Shown one piece after another: positions 35,083-47,402 of a stretch of 64,000 nucleotides of DNA. The DNA comes from an uncultured Nitrososphaeraceae archaeon (GTDB taxonomy: Archaea; Thermoproteota; Nitrososphaeria; Nitrososphaerales; Nitrososphaeraceae), in NCBI GenBank assembly GCA_963779615.1, contig CAVZZA010000003.1, positions 160,001 through 224,000 on the forward strand. The letters are read 5' to 3'. Both the position numbers and the translations under genes were made by a program. The notes below the pieces were generated by a model, which had not been told where the DNA came from, ran no database searches, and worked only from the letters and a program-made list of their open reading frames with translations. Positions within the stretch are counted from its first letter, which is position 1. The number at the start of each line of letters is the position of its first letter.

Positions 35083-35178
35083 TGTTTATTTTACACATAT
35101 ACATACTACCAAAGTGTTTAAAAGGCATAGAACATACAGTCGACCCTTTGCTTCCATTGGGCTTGTATCCTATTTGGT

Positions 35179-35222
35179 CGCCATCTGACCGCCATCTGAC
35201 CGCCATCTGACCGCCATCTGAC
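35179..35222. repeat. 11-bp tandem repeat CGCCATCTGAC x4 (fifth copy at 35302-35312)
   Basis: Perfect copies read directly from the sequence. Confidence 0.95.
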
Positions 35223-35239
35223 CACCACCATAACCATCG

Positions 35240-35850
35240 CCCAAACCTGAACCCTTCTGGTCACAAAGAACGTCATCTGCCCCGACGGCTTTTCTGCCCA
35301 CCGCCATCTGACTTTACAATACGTGTCACCGGAACCTCGGGAGACGGCAATCCAAGCCCCGGCTCGTTTGCCGGCTCTGCGGAGGGCATCACAGTCACAC
35401 TCAATGCCGGTAACTATAACATCACCGAGGGCTTTCAGGACAGCGCCTCATCGCCCTTATAGTTTGTGAGGAACTTTAGTGCCGGTTGCAGCGGCGGCAT
35501 AAAATCCAACGGCGAAAGCAGAGTGCAACGGGACAAACGAGTTTGTAGTAAAGAGTGCCTGTTTCTGGACAAGTTTGAATCACGTGGCACCGGCGACGGC
35601 CCGTTTAGATCTCAAGCAGGAGTTGCCGTGAACCCCTCGACGGGCAGCGTATATGTGGCAGACCAGGCCAACAACCGCATATGGGTGTTTGACTCCAGCG
35701 GCAACTTCATCACAAGTTTCGGAACAACCGCAGGCTCCGGTGACAGCCAGTTTTTTAGTCCGAGGCGTTGCCGTGGACCCATCCACGGGCAGTGTGTATG
35801 TGGCAGACACCAACAACAACCGCATCCAGGTGTTTTTCCTGGACCCGTGA
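35240..35850 (+). pseudogene. Secreted Ig/prealbumin-like plus NHL-repeat protein relic
   Basis: LLVTKNVICPDG..PPSDFTIRVTG..TVTLNAGNYNITE and two NHL units (GVAVNPSTGSVYVADQANNRIWVF; GVAVDPSTGSVYVADTNNNRIQVF) in different frames. Confidence 0.7.
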
Positions 35851-36623
35851 CTTGCCGCCACCCGGCAAATTGGTCCCTCCTTGCTAAATCTGCCAGGTGG
35901 ACAGAGTAGCCACCGCCTGCCAGGCAACACAAACCTACTCAATGGCAAACAGAATGACTTGTTTTCTATTTCCTGACTACAATTGCCCTTGGCAACCGCA
36001 TTTGAGCATGTCTTTATCCGTGCGAGATAATGTTGAATCTGGCACCGGCAGACCACTCTCTAGGCGACTTTAAGGTTAATTACATTAAGCGAAATGGCGG
36101 TGGTGGCGTATCATCAAGCACTACAACTTGGTGGATGAAGGACTGGCTTTTCCGGTTATCCTAAACAATTGCTTTAGGTCCCCATGTCTTTTCTGCCGTA
36201 AGTCAACGCCTAAGGAAGGATCCTGCAAATTCAAAACCGTCTCTGGCCGCAGATGACTGCCCTTTCCGTTGATTCAATTCAGGCAATGGCGTTATATGTG
36301 CATAACGTGTAAGCCGTTAAGCCGCGAAGGCCCCAATCGCAGTTGAGAGGTGACACAAAGGCGATAGATCACTCCGAAGCGCAAGGAAACATTGGACGAG
36401 ATGTGCTTTTGTCCTTCTTGGACAGGGTGGATGGTTGGTTTGGCCTTTGGGCATCCCTGACTCGAGGCAAACATGCTTTAGCTGCAACTCTGGCATGTAT
36501 GTCACCCAATTATGGTCTGCCAACCTCCTGCTGTCAGCATATCTTTTTGGAGCATTCGGTAAAGGCATCTTTCGTACTCGCCAACCATGAAAACTTAAAG
36601 TCTGCCATCAAGATAGGAGTACC

Positions 36624-37379
36624 ATGAAAAGGCTTGAGGGAAAAGTCGCAGTCATCACCGGGGGAAGTAGTGGCATAGGCCTGGCTACGGCCCAGCGGTT
36701 CGTGGAAGAGGGCGCATACGTTTTCATCTCGGGCCGCCGCCAAGGTGAGCTTGATGCAGCGGTAAGGCAGATCGGCAAAAACGTCACCAGTGTTCAGGGG
36801 GACGTGTCAAGCCTTGAGGACCTTGACAGGCTGTATGCCACGGTGAAGGAACAGAAGGGCCGCATCGACATCCTGTTCGCTAATGCCGGCATTGGGGAAT
36901 TCGCCCCATTGGGGGAAATCTCCGAAGCACACTTTGACAAAACGTTTGGTGTTAACGTCAAAGGGCTTTTGTTCAGTGTCCAAAAGGCCCTTCCCTTGTT
37001 CGGGGACGGTGGAGGAGGTTCGATTATCCTGAATGCTTCGGTCGCCTCATCCATGGGGTTGGATACGTCCACCGTTTATAGCGCAACCAAGGCTGCAGTG
37101 AGGTCGTTCGCCCGGACCTGGACAGTCGATCTGAAGCAGCGCAAGATACGCGTCAATGCCATCAGCCCCGGTCCGATAGACACACCCATCTTCAGTACCG
37201 CGATAGAAACTGAGGAACAGATCGAGCAGACAAAGACCAGTCTTGTGGCCAGCGTACCGATGGGCCGAATGGGGGGACCTGATGAGGTCGCCAAAGCCGT
37301 CTTGTTCCTCGCCTCAGATGACAGCAGTTATGTCACCGGCATAGAATTGTTCGTTGACGGGGGCATGGCTCAAATCTAG
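36624..37379 (+). CDS. Short-chain dehydrogenase/reductase
   Basis: [22 protein letters not shown]; GGAG RBS-like sequence upstream. Confidence 0.93.
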   Translation: MKRLEGKVAVITGGSSGIGLATAQRFVEEGAYVFISGRRQGELDAAVRQIGKNVTSVQGDVSSLEDLDRLYATVKEQKGRIDILFANAGIGEFAPLGEISEAHFDKTFGVNVKGLLFSVQKALPLFGDGGGGSIILNASVASSMGLDTSTVYSATKAAVRSFARTWTVDLKQRKIRVNAISPGPIDTPIFSTAIETEEQIEQTKTSLVASVPMGRMGGPDEVAKAVLFLASDDSSYVTGIELFVDGGMAQI

Positions 37380-37631
37380 GTGACCTTGGGACCGCAGGCA
37401 TTTAACATTGGCTGATAATACTTACTACCATGAAAAATGACTCTTATCTGCCAATGTTCCCTAAATTGAAACAGATTGGATTTTTCCAAGAGTCTTGACT
37501 TGCCAAAGTTTTTGCAAGCAGTAAGGCAATTCTCCAATTCCAAGATTGAATGGAACATAGATAGGTGTCTGGAAACCGCGGAATTAGATGTCTTCAATCA
37601 TTCTTTAAAATCTTGATTGCCCACCTTTGTC

Positions 37632-38596
37632 ATGAAAGCAGTGCAAATCAGCAGGTACGGTGGAAGCGATGTTGTGGAAATCAATCAAAACGCTCCCTTC
37701 CCCTCCGCTCCAAAACCATTGCCCAACAAAATTCTCGTTGGCATAAAAGCGGCAGGGGTAAACCCTGTGGACTGGAAGATTCGCGAGGGGCACATGCAGC
37801 AAATGATGAATCCCAAGTTTCCATTAACCTTGGGGATGGATTTTTCAGGGGTTGTGCAGCAGGCTATAGAAGAAGGGGAAAATCCGTATGAGGTCCTCAG
37901 GCAAGGTGATGAGGTGTATGGTCAGGCTGCAGTTCCAAGCGGAGGCTCCGGAGCGTTTGCGCAAATGGCCATTGCAAATGCTGACAGTGTTGCACCCAAG
38001 CCCAAAAGCCTAAACCACACTGAGGCGGCCGCTTTACCGCATGCTGGAGTCAGCGCATGGCAGGCACTTGTAGAAACATGGGGTTGTCAAGTGGCCAGAA
38101 GATACTTATCCACGGTGGGGCAGGGGGCATATGGTCAATCGCCATATCACTCGCAAAGAACTTGGGAGCCCACGTGGCAACAACCGCAAGCCCGGATGAC
38201 AGGCAGTTTGTCGCAAAGCTGGGGGCTGATGAGGTGATAGACTACAAGACGCAGGCATTTGAGGATTTGGTGCATGACTATGATGCGGTACTTGACACTG
38301 TGGGTGGCCAAACATACTCCAAATCCTTTGGGGTGCTGAAAAGGGAAGGCGGCGGCATAATGGTTTCAATGCTGGAGCTGCCAAACAATGGTCTCATGGA
38401 GCGGTTTGGTGTGAAAGCCATGTTCCAGTCTACACAGGTAAACAGAGAGCGATTGGCCAAACTGGCCCAATGGGTGGACAAAAACAGCATAAAGGTGAAT
38501 GTTGACAGAACATTCTCAATTGATGACGCCGCAAGGGCCCTTGACTATGTAAGGGATGTCCATCCAAGGGGCAAGGTGGTATTGACTATGCAGTGA
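37632..38596 (+). pseudogene. NADP-dependent MDR/quinone oxidoreductase, frameshifted near 38075
   Basis: AAGVNPVDWKIREG, LGMDFSG, and AWQAL in one frame; ILIHGGAGG...HPRGKVVL in the next. Confidence 0.85.
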
Positions 38597-38819
38597 TGGT
38601 GCGGCAAACAATCAAAACCTGCAAGTGAATATAGGCTTGGCAACAATCTGTGGTGTAACAGGTTAGGCGGCACCTTCGACATTAGGGCTATTCACGCCAA
38701 GCGCGACAACCACTTTCTTTTCATCTTCTTGGTTTAGCGGCGGTGGTAGCGCCGCTAACTTGCCATTGCCCCTGAATTCTGGTTGCTGCTATTGCTGCTG
38801 TTATTGTTGTCCTGTATTG

Positions 38820-39833
38820 TCAAAGGGAAGACAGGATTTCATATGAGCGCAGCCTTGCCGCATGCTCATATATGTGCGAAACAGCCATTATCTCGTCTAC
38901 CTGCGTCCTGTCCAAAAAGGACTCTAGGCCCCTTTTGACGGTGGCAGGCCCCCCAACAAAGGAATACCTGAGCCTTTGGTTCACAGCCTCCTTCTCAGCT
39001 TTGCTGCATGCGCCATCAATGTCGTTTACCGGCGGTTGCAATGGTGTCTGGTTTCCCCTGATCATTTCAAGGGCCCTCAACTGTGTGGATGTGAACAGAC
39101 GACTGGCCTCGTTGTCTGTGTCGGCTGCAGCAGCCACGTTGACAGCTGCAATGACGTAAGGCTCCTTCAGGGTCTCAGAGGGCTGGAATCCTTCTCGATA
39201 GGCTGCAACAGCCGTATCAAAGTAAGAGGGAGCAAAATGGCTTGCAAAGGCAAAAGGCAGGCCCAGCATTGCAGCCAGCTGGGCACTAAATGTGCTGGAG
39301 CCCAGCAGCCATATGGGAACTTTCAGTCCCTCACCAGGTGTTGCCCTTACCTTGGCTTCAGGTTTTGGCGGCCCCAGGTAGTTTTGCAACTCCATCACGC
39401 CATTGGGGAAATCCTCCTCCAAACCGTCCAAGTTGCGCCTTAAGGCCATGGCGGTGCCAATGTCAGTTCCAGGCGCACGGCCTACCCCAAGGTCAATCCT
39501 GCCTGGATACAGGGATTCCAGGGTTCCAAACTGCTCTGCTATTACAAGCGGGGCATGGTTTGGCAGCATCACCCCGCCAGAGCCCACCCTTATTGTGGAG
39601 GTGCCTGCTGCTATAAACCCAACAAGCACAGAGGTGGCTGTGCTTGCTATGCCCTTGGTGTTGTGATGCTCGGCCAGCCAATAGCGCTTGTATCCCCACC
39701 GCTCGGCATGCCGGGCCAAATCCAAGCTGTTTTGCATCGACTGCCGTGGGGAGCCATCAACTGCGTTTACCATCACCAGGTCAAGAACAGACAACGGTAT
39801 GCCCACATTTTTTGTTGGATGCTTCAGCGCCAT
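38820..39833 (-). CDS. LLM-class (luciferase-like) flavin-dependent oxidoreductase
   Basis: [38 protein letters not shown], and FASHFAP. Confidence 0.93.
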   Translation of the reverse strand: MALKHPTKNVGIPLSVLDLVMVNAVDGSPRQSMQNSLDLARHAERWGYKRYWLAEHHNTKGIASTATSVLVGFIAAGTSTIRVGSGGVMLPNHAPLVIAEQFGTLESLYPGRIDLGVGRAPGTDIGTAMALRRNLDGLEEDFPNGVMELQNYLGPPKPEAKVRATPGEGLKVPIWLLGSSTFSAQLAAMLGLPFAFASHFAPSYFDTAVAAYREGFQPSETLKEPYVIAAVNVAAAADTDNEASRLFTSTQLRALEMIRGNQTPLQPPVNDIDGACSKAEKEAVNQRLRYSFVGGPATVKRGLESFLDRTQVDEIMAVSHIYEHAARLRSYEILSSL

Positions 39834-40514
39834 AGCAGTAGTAGTTATTCTGATCCGATGCTTTTATCTTATGATCGATATGATGCCTTAAGCACCATTG
39901 AGTAACCAATGGACAGGTTAATCGCCTGTTTATGACAGGTCGATCATGCATAAACCTGGCAGCAGAGCCAGATCTACGCCAATACACACAAGACATTATC
40001 TTATTAATAGATGAAAGATATCAAATTCTCCAAATCGTCAAGATCATGTATTGGAAGAGGCTAACGTTACAACTATTTATGGGTGTTTGAGGCACAGGCG
40101 GACACCCTTGTAGAGACAGTAGTGACGGCCGCAACCTCCAGAAATTCAAGGAAAGACACAAAAGTGGTAGTAATAGGACAAACGGAAATAGGGCTATAGC
40201 AATAGTGAATCTCTGTCTATCCGGACATCTCTCCTCAAAGTATCAAATGCAGGGGACACAGGCTCGTTAGGGTTCAAGGATTGTTCAACCCTATGCACTG
40301 CTTTATCCCCATTCCGTTTCACACAAGCCCTCTACACCTAAATCCGAATTCACCTGGATGTTATGCCTGCCAGCTGTGCCAAGTCGTCTACCAGGATGTC
40401 TATGTTGACGTCGCACCCCACAAGAAACCATTTTTGAATCGGATCCACAATGCTGTTTCTTGTGTCTGAAATTCAATGCCACAGATTATAACCATTCCAA
40501 AATATGCCACTATC

Positions 40515-41009
40515 CTAAAACACTGTTTTTCGTTCCCAGGGGAACACAATCCATTTGTTATGGTTCAATACCTTTCCAACATATGATACTACTCCATCGC
40601 CATTATTGTCTTTGAATCTCCTCATAAGATATGCAAAATCACAATCAAATCCTCGCACCGCATCAAAGACTTTAGAAAACGTATTACCAGTATCATATAT
40701 TTCGTCAACTATAAGATATTTTTTGTATTTAGATAATGGAGGCATCCCTTCTTTGTGCAGCTTTTTACTTCTGACTGGTATGAATTGTATATCATCAACA
40801 TCAAGTTCCAGTGCCATCAGCCTAGCTGGAATGATTCCTCCATTTGTTATTCCCAGAATAGAGTCATATCTTTTGTTTGAACTTTGTATTTTGTCTGCAA
40901 CAATCTTTGTTAGTAATCCTACTTCCTCCCAACTACAATACTCTTTAGGGGAGCTTTTTTCGCTCACCTCTTCTTTTTTGAACCTCAAATTACTATCACA
41001 CACTACCAA
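40515..41009 (-). CDS. Type I phosphoribosyltransferase (purine PRT-like)
   Basis: GITNGGIIPA, LIVDEIYDTGNT PRPP loop, and WIVFPWE. Confidence 0.88.
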   Translation of the reverse strand: MVVCDSNLRFKKEEVSEKSSPKEYCSWEEVGLLTKIVADKIQSSNKRYDSILGITNGGIIPARLMALELDVDDIQFIPVRSKKLHKEGMPPLSKYKKYLIVDEIYDTGNTFSKVFDAVRGFDCDFAYLMRRFKDNNGDGVVSYVGKVLNHNKWIVFPWERKTVF

Positions 41010-41118
41010 TTATCATAATGATAATAAAATAATAACAATCAGGATATCCTACCCACACTATTATTATTATTATCAATAGTGCCTGTTGTGTACATATTTT
41101 TTGGGTTAGTTTCATTGT

Positions 41119-41235
41119 TTGCCCGGAGTTTTTGCGATAGGCGACATGCGAGGCGACAGCATAAAGCGTGTTGCATCGGCTGTGGGCGAAGGACAAATTG
41201 CCATCTCACTTGATAATCAAGTACTCCGAAAATAG
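41119..41235 (+). pseudogene. Thioredoxin reductase-like C-terminal fragment
   Basis: LPGVFAIGDMRGDSIKRVASAVGEGQIAI...*; no upstream coding part. Confidence 0.7.
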
Positions 41236-41509
41236 AATATAGATCAAGCATTACCGTAATCAGATGAATCTCCCAATAGCATTGAGTCAAATGACACGAA
41301 ATATGCTAACACATATTTGTAACCTCTATTGAATTTCTAAATTTTAATCAAATTGGCACATATACCGTTTATAGTGTAACAATGGCTAACAAGTTAGTTG
41401 GTATATGCGGGGTTTTCGCAGTTAAATCATATGCAGGATTCTGATAGTTCTTCATAAACCAAGTCTGTTACCTGAACCATATTTTCTTTGCCCAATTGTG
41501 AAATGGTTC

Positions 41510-42631
41510 TCATCCAAATGTAAATGCATAGGCTTGAAATCCTTTTCCTTTGACATCTATTATCAACGAATGAAAACCCTCATCACCATATGACTGATGG
41601 TTTACTATGTTGTACAGCCTTGGATAATCAATTGCAAATTTGGAACCGTTTTCTGTGTCTACACCTTTGGAATAACTGGACAATAAAGAATTATCCTCAT
41701 GAACTATTCCTTGACCCCTACCGCCTGCTACCAGGTTTACATACTGTGCAGAATAGTTTAAGACAATACGACCAGCATCACTTTGTAATTCAACATTATC
41801 ATGATTGGTTTTCCATTTCCCTTCAAGATATATCATGTCAGGTTTTACAGATGAATTTGATATTGATGGTGTTGCATATGTTACAGCCTGTCCTAGATGA
41901 ATACCTTCTGGATTCTCTACCGCTGAATTTGACCCTTGATTTCCAAAATACAATTCCGGTGTTTTAATTTTTGAAAAATCAACAGGCTGTTCAAGAAAAT
42001 TACGAAGAGTGTTTGTGGAATTTAACTGCGTTTTGTTCTCGTACGGATGGGTTGCATTTCCACCATCAGTATCTTTTGTTCCCTTGTTGCTATTTCTTTC
42101 ATACAAGAGCGATTGAATTGCCTTTTCTGTTTGGTCATATTCCCCCTCACCAATTTTGTCATATCTTATGAGCCCTTGATCATCAACAAGATACATTCTT
42201 GGCCAATAGTTGTTTCCATAGGCATTCCAGATTTTATAATCATTATCTTGTATTACGGGATATTTTATGCCGTATTTTTGCAATGACATCTTCACATTAT
42301 CAACATTCTTTTCAAATCCAAATTCTGGTGTATGGACTCCTACTATTACCAGTCCCTTATCCCCATACTTTGCATTCCATTCCATAAGGTGTGGAACGGT
42401 TCTCAGGACATTAATGCAACTATAAGTCCAAAAGTTCACAAGCACCACTTTTCCTTTTAAGCCGGCCATTGTTAGCGGCTGACCATCATTAATATTGTTG
42501 ATGTTTTTTATAGTTTCACCAGTTTTCTCAAATTCAGGCGCAATTTTAGATTGAGAGTAGCATGTCAAATAACTTATTGTAAATATACATGCAATAATCA
42601 CCGTTGTAAGGATAATGATCTTTTGTTTCAA
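41510..42631 (-). CDS. DipZ-like exported redoxin with C-terminal beta-sandwich domain
   Basis: GKVVLVNFWTYSCINV, GVHTPEF, NNYWPRMYLVD, TPELYFG, and AYAFTFG. Confidence 0.88.
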   Translation of the reverse strand: MKQKIIILTTVIIACIFTISYLTCYSQSKIAPEFEKTGETIKNINNINDGQPLTMAGLKGKVVLVNFWTYSCINVLRTVPHLMEWNAKYGDKGLVIVGVHTPEFGFEKNVDNVKMSLQKYGIKYPVIQDNDYKIWNAYGNNYWPRMYLVDDQGLIRYDKIGEGEYDQTEKAIQSLLYERNSNKGTKDTDGGNATHPYENKTQLNSTNTLRNFLEQPVDFSKIKTPELYFGNQGSNSAVENPEGIHLGQAVTYATPSISNSSVKPDMIYLEGKWKTNHDNVELQSDAGRIVLNYSAQYVNLVAGGRGQGIVHEDNSLLSSYSKGVDTENGSKFAIDYPRLYNIVNHQSYGDEGFHSLIIDVKGKGFQAYAFTFG

Positions 42632-42651
42632 TTTTAATCACTTTTTGCATT

Positions 42652-43722
42652 TCATTTTGTGTCAGTTTTGTTATTATTTTGGCCAAAGAAATTAGAGAGC
42701 TGTTTTATGACGAACTGCGGCTGCTCCTCTGGAATAAAATGACCTGTGTTTGGAACTTTAATGCCCTCCACATTTTGAGCTAACATCTTCATCCCATACA
42801 CAACACTGGGCATAGTAATATTGCCTCCTAACACCGGAATAAATCCTCCCCCCAGGGCCAAAACTGGCATTGTAAGATTTGTCTTGGAATAATTTTGATT
42901 GTCTATTGCATCCTGCGGAAAAGCCCGATAATACTCAAATCCCGCATGCATCCCTCCTGGAGAGGAATAACGGCTAACGTATTCGTTGATGTCTGCCTGA
43001 GTTATTGCAGATGGATTATACGCAAGACCACGATAGAACCATGACAAGTACGTCATCTCCTTACCCTGTACAAGGTCTTCTGGCACATTTGGTACCTGAT
43101 GGAACAAGCCCCACCATATTGGCGGTCTCCCGGGAGGCCCAAAGCCAGGAATAGTGAGTTCCATAACTGCCAACCTCTTTACTTCCGCATGGTGTGCGGC
43201 TGCGTAAGAATAGGCTACCTGTGTTCCTATGTCATGACCCACCAGGAAAATTGTTTTAAATCCCAGCTGAGCGACTAGTTGATGTATGTCTTCAGCTGCG
43301 GTCTTGCCATCATATCCGGAAGGTGGTTTTGAAGAGTCTCCGAGGCCTCTAAGGTCAGGTGCTATAACAGTATAGTTCTTGGCCAAAGCTGGCATGATAT
43401 TGTGCCATGCATACCATGTTTCTGGCCATCCGTGTAGTAAGACTACAGGATCACCATGGCCTCCAATCACATAGTGCATTTGAATTCCATTAACAGAAGC
43501 CATGTGATGTGAAAAAGTAATGTTATTGACGGTAGAGAAAGAGCCTTGCAAACTGGAGGGGTCTTTTAGGACAAGAGACGTTTGGTTGGCTTGCTGTCCT
43601 TGCTGCGTTTGATTTTGTTGCTCCTGTGCAAATGCAACAGAAAAAAGATTTGCGGTAACACCGTTTGTGATAAGAACAGGAATTATTACTAATGATAAAT
43701 AAAGTAGAGTTTTATTTAACAT
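42652..43722 (-). CDS. Secreted alpha/beta hydrolase (epoxide hydrolase/dehalogenase-like)
   Basis: HGWP, PDLRGLG, GHDIG nucleophile Asp, and GHFIPEE; signal peptide from ATG 43722. Confidence 0.9.
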   Translation of the reverse strand: MLNKTLLYLSLVIIPVLITNGVTANLFSVAFAQEQQNQTQQGQQANQTSLVLKDPSSLQGSFSTVNNITFSHHMASVNGIQMHYVIGGHGDPVVLLHGWPETWYAWHNIMPALAKNYTVIAPDLRGLGDSSKPPSGYDGKTAAEDIHQLVAQLGFKTIFLVGHDIGTQVAYSYAAAHHAEVKRLAVMELTIPGFGPPGRPPIWWGLFHQVPNVPEDLVQGKEMTYLSWFYRGLAYNPSAITQADINEYVSRYSSPGGMHAGFEYYRAFPQDAIDNQNYSKTNLTMPVLALGGGFIPVLGGNITMPSVVYGMKMLAQNVEGIKVPNTGHFIPEEQPQFVIKQLSNFFGQNNNKTDTK

Positions 43723-44803
43723 TTTTACATTGATAAACGCATTTTTGAAGTATTTAAGATTTTTATTGTCAACTTTACAATAATCACAAAAAAGTTTAGG
43801 GATTATTGAAATATTATGAGTCTTTGTGTCCCCTTCCAAGCCTGCAAGGTACCACAGTCCAGAGTGCTGATGTGTCGATTCTTAAAGTCACCATACTGAT
43901 TGTATTGATGTTCAAATCCTCGAAATCTTTCTAAAACTTCCTCACCATCATATTTATCGAAAAGAGCATGAATAAAAGAATACAAGGGAGATGAGAAAAG
44001 ATGTTCAAGAACATCCTAACAGGCATTTGGAAGAAGCACTGATGGAAAAGTTGGTAGGTGTCGCGGCGGACATTGAAACCCAATTTTTACAATATTTGTT
44101 ATTGTTACTGCATGATGTTGGGTTAGTAGACTCACCACTGGTCTTCGCTGAGCCTATCGAGTTCATCTAGTACCAAGTGAAAGAAGAAAGGATGCCATAC
44201 CAAAGTTTGGTATATTTATGATGGCAAAGGCTACTATAATGGATAAATAAATCAGCTTCGTTATTGAGGCAGAAGAAAGATGATGCTTATTCTTTGAACA
44301 AGAAAAATACTGTTATCATGAATGGAACAAACAAGAGAACTGGCAGGATTATCAAAAAAAGGAACTGAGAGGCAACAATTGGATACCAATACAAAAAACA
44401 CATTAATTTTTGTCAAAAACTCGAGTTATCAATTATTGAATCTATTTTGGGAAATGAAAAATTTTTTAGTGTATTTTTTATCACTCCATTACACTTTACA
44501 ATTATTATTGGTCATTATGGATTATTGCAGAAGAAATAGGATAAGGAATAAACATAAAAGGAATTTAAGATTTTGTCATCAGGTTTTTATTTTGACTTCC
44601 ATACCCAGTACTCTCCAAATCGATAAGGACAAATGTTGGGGGCATTGGCTAGTGTTTTTTAAACAAAGTGGTTGTTGTCTTTGGAAATGTCACCGCATAT
44701 TAGAACGCAGTGATAGCCTATAGGGGTACGGCTAAGCAGATAGACCACAGCACTACTTCAATTGGATTGCAGGCTAAAATCCGACCAGGATTTTATTTTC
44801 AAA

Positions 44804-45067
44804 TTATTTTATGTTGGCCTTTTGCTTAAATCCATCAAGCATTTTGTTGTAGATATCCAACAACTCCTTTCTTGATCCTTGATCCATTTCGTTAATATAT
44901 GTAACAAAAATATCTGTTTCTCTTACAATTCTCTTTATGCTGTCTTCAAGTAAAATTTTTTCGTCTGTGTTTTTTGCTATTTTATATATCAGGTTTAATA
45001 TGTTGTCCTGTATATGTTCCCCCTGAGCAATTGTTCCTTGAGTACTGGAAGATTTTTTACGAGTCAT
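44804..45067 (-). CDS. Small helical hypothetical protein
   Basis: 87-aa ORF with host-like composition. Confidence 0.5.
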   Translation of the reverse strand: MTRKKSSSTQGTIAQGEHIQDNILNLIYKIAKNTDEKILLEDSIKRIVRETDIFVTYINEMDQGSRKELLDIYNKMLDGFKQKANIK

Positions 45068-45222
45068 TTGTTATGACTACATTAGACATGAACCAACTAA
45101 TATTGTTTCACATTAAGTTAAGAACAAACATATCTTCAAGAAATGATTTTTTGTTGTTGCTTTGTGTTTGCAGTACATGTATAATTGAGCCCGGGTCTAA
45201 ATCCATAACAAACAAAGCTAGT

Positions 45223-45438
45223 CTAGAGGAGTATCATATTTTGGTGAAAACAGATGCTGCCCAAAAGACTGGCAACATATTGCTCATCATTCACTCTAAT
45301 TGGCATTTTGCATATAATGGGGTTGATTGACTGGTCATGCAGAGACAATTTATCAACAATAACAACTGATCCTACATCATTATCGGACATAAGTTTGGTA
45401 CGCAAAAATATTTTGATTCTGCGCTTCTGTTTTAACAT
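45223..45438 (-). pseudogene. CBS-domain relic
   Basis: KLMSDNDVGSVVIVD is a typical CBS segment; the rest is degraded. Confidence 0.4.
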
Positions 45439-45687
45439 CCCTTCTCATCGTTTTAGGGAAGTTAATAGGTTCCAAAATCATATGGATGCCACATCATCCG
45501 TTATATTTACACCAGACCTTTTAAACTTGGCATCATGAATTGAAAGTTATTTGTGTTTTTTTTTTGAATGTCATTTTATGCAGGCAATTATTTGAGTTAC
45601 AGAGGTTCGTTAATAAAATTTTGGGGATTGAATATTTGGATTACTATTTTCATAAAACCTTTTTAATTTCATGCCAAACTTGAATAC

Positions 45688-47223
45688 ATGGGTTTTGCTG
45701 ATTTAGATGATAAAAGAAAAGAGCATCTTTTGGGAGGCGGAAAAGAAAAACAAAAAGAGCAAAGAAAAAACGGAAAGATGACTGCGTTTGAAAGAATTAG
45801 CACATTATTTGATGTGGGAAGCTTTGAAGAAACAGATGCTTTTGTGACGCATGATTGCCATGATTTTGGAATGGAAGGTAAAAAGACTCTCGGTGATGGT
45901 GTTGTTACCGGATATGGAACAATAAACGGTCGCCTTTTTTATACATTTTGCCATGATTTTACGGTTTTTGGCGGATCTCTTGGGCTACATTTTGCAAACA
46001 AAATTTGCAAAATAATGGACCATGCTTTGAAACAGGGCGCACCAATAGTAGGCATAAACGACTCAGGAGGAGCAAGAATTCAAGAGGGGGTTGAGAGCCT
46101 TGGGGGGTATGCGGAGATATTTCAAAGAAATGTCAGGGCCTCTGGGGTAATTCCCCAAATATCGCTAATAATGGGTCCTTGCGCTGGAGGCGCGGTTTAT
46201 TCGCCAGCAATAACCGATTTCATAATCATGACAAAATCTGCATACATGTTTGTCACCGGACCTGACGTAGTCAGGGAAGTCACAAATGAAAATGTTACAC
46301 ACGGCGAACTTGGAGGCGCAATAACCCATAATGAAAAGAGCGGGGTTGCGCATTTTCTCGCAGAGGATGAAATCGACTGTTTTAACATCTTAAGAAGACT
46401 TGTCTCTTTTTTGCCTTTGAATAACCTGGAAGTGCCGCCCAAATTAGCCGCAGGCGATGATGCCAACAGAAAGGATGAAAGCCTCAATTCGATACTTCCT
46501 GCAGATTCGCACAAACCATACAACATCAAAATCATAATAGGGGCAATTGTGGACAATGGAGACTTCCTTGAGGTTCAAAAATTTTGGGCGCAGAACATAA
46601 TCATAGGCTTCGCAAGGCTAGATGGCAATTCTGTTGGGATTGTAGCAAACAACCCGGAAGTTTTGGCTGGTGTTCTTGACATCAATTCATGCGACAAAGC
46701 AACAAGATTTATAAGGTTTTGTGACTGTTTTAACATCCCCCTCATTACCTTGGTGGATGTGCCTGGCTTTCTTCCGGGAACAGATCAAGAGTGGGGAGGC
46801 ATTATAAGGCATGGCGCAAAGTTTTTGTATGCATTTTCTGAAGCCTCGGTGCCAAAACTTACAGTAATCATAAGAAAAGCATATGGAGGAGCTTATTGTG
46901 TTATGAATAGCAAGCATATAGGTGGAGATTATAATTTCGCATGGCCAAATGCAGAAATAGCCGTAATGGGAGCTGAGGGTGCATGCAACATCATCTTTAG
47001 AAAAGAAATCGCCAATTCCAAAAATCAGGAAAAAAAAAGAGCAGAGCTTGTAACGGGCTATAGAAAAAAGTTTTCCAATCCCTATATTGCAGCAGCCAAG
47101 GGCTATATTGATAATGTGATTGAACCCAAGGAAACTCGTGAGAAGTTAATTTCCGCTTTAAAATCCATATACAGAAAAAGAGAAGATTTGCCCAAAAGAA
47201 AACATGGCAACATTCCGGTTTAA
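45688..47223 (+). CDS. pccB: Acetyl-/propionyl-CoA carboxylase, carboxyltransferase subunit
   Basis: [54 protein letters not shown]. Confidence 0.95.
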   Translation: MGFADLDDKRKEHLLGGGKEKQKEQRKNGKMTAFERISTLFDVGSFEETDAFVTHDCHDFGMEGKKTLGDGVVTGYGTINGRLFYTFCHDFTVFGGSLGLHFANKICKIMDHALKQGAPIVGINDSGGARIQEGVESLGGYAEIFQRNVRASGVIPQISLIMGPCAGGAVYSPAITDFIIMTKSAYMFVTGPDVVREVTNENVTHGELGGAITHNEKSGVAHFLAEDEIDCFNILRRLVSFLPLNNLEVPPKLAAGDDANRKDESLNSILPADSHKPYNIKIIIGAIVDNGDFLEVQKFWAQNIIIGFARLDGNSVGIVANNPEVLAGVLDINSCDKATRFIRFCDCFNIPLITLVDVPGFLPGTDQEWGGIIRHGAKFLYAFSEASVPKLTVIIRKAYGGAYCVMNSKHIGGDYNFAWPNAEIAVMGAEGACNIIFRKEIANSKNQEKKRAELVTGYRKKFSNPYIAAAKGYIDNVIEPKETREKLISALKSIYRKREDLPKRKHGNIPV

Positions 47224-47402
47224 TTAGCAATATGCAACATGCGGACAATAAACAATCCGGTTTGAGAGCCCTTACCCAAATAGTGGGACATTGCCATAAA
47301 AAGTATTTGCAATTTGTTAACCAAAGTCATTCTTCAAGATGCAATGAAAATTCAATCAATGTTCTTATTTTTAGTTTTTTGAATGATCTAATTTTAATTC
47401 CA

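Noticed and set aside
38872-39905. Multiple long + strand ORFs overlapping the LLM gene
   Set aside because: Shadow ORFs caused by the higher GC; no motifs.
47232-47402. 57-aa N-terminal extension of the biotin carboxylase
   Set aside because: No family-like sequence; homology begins at KVLIANRGE, so this is probably an ORF-caller over-extension.
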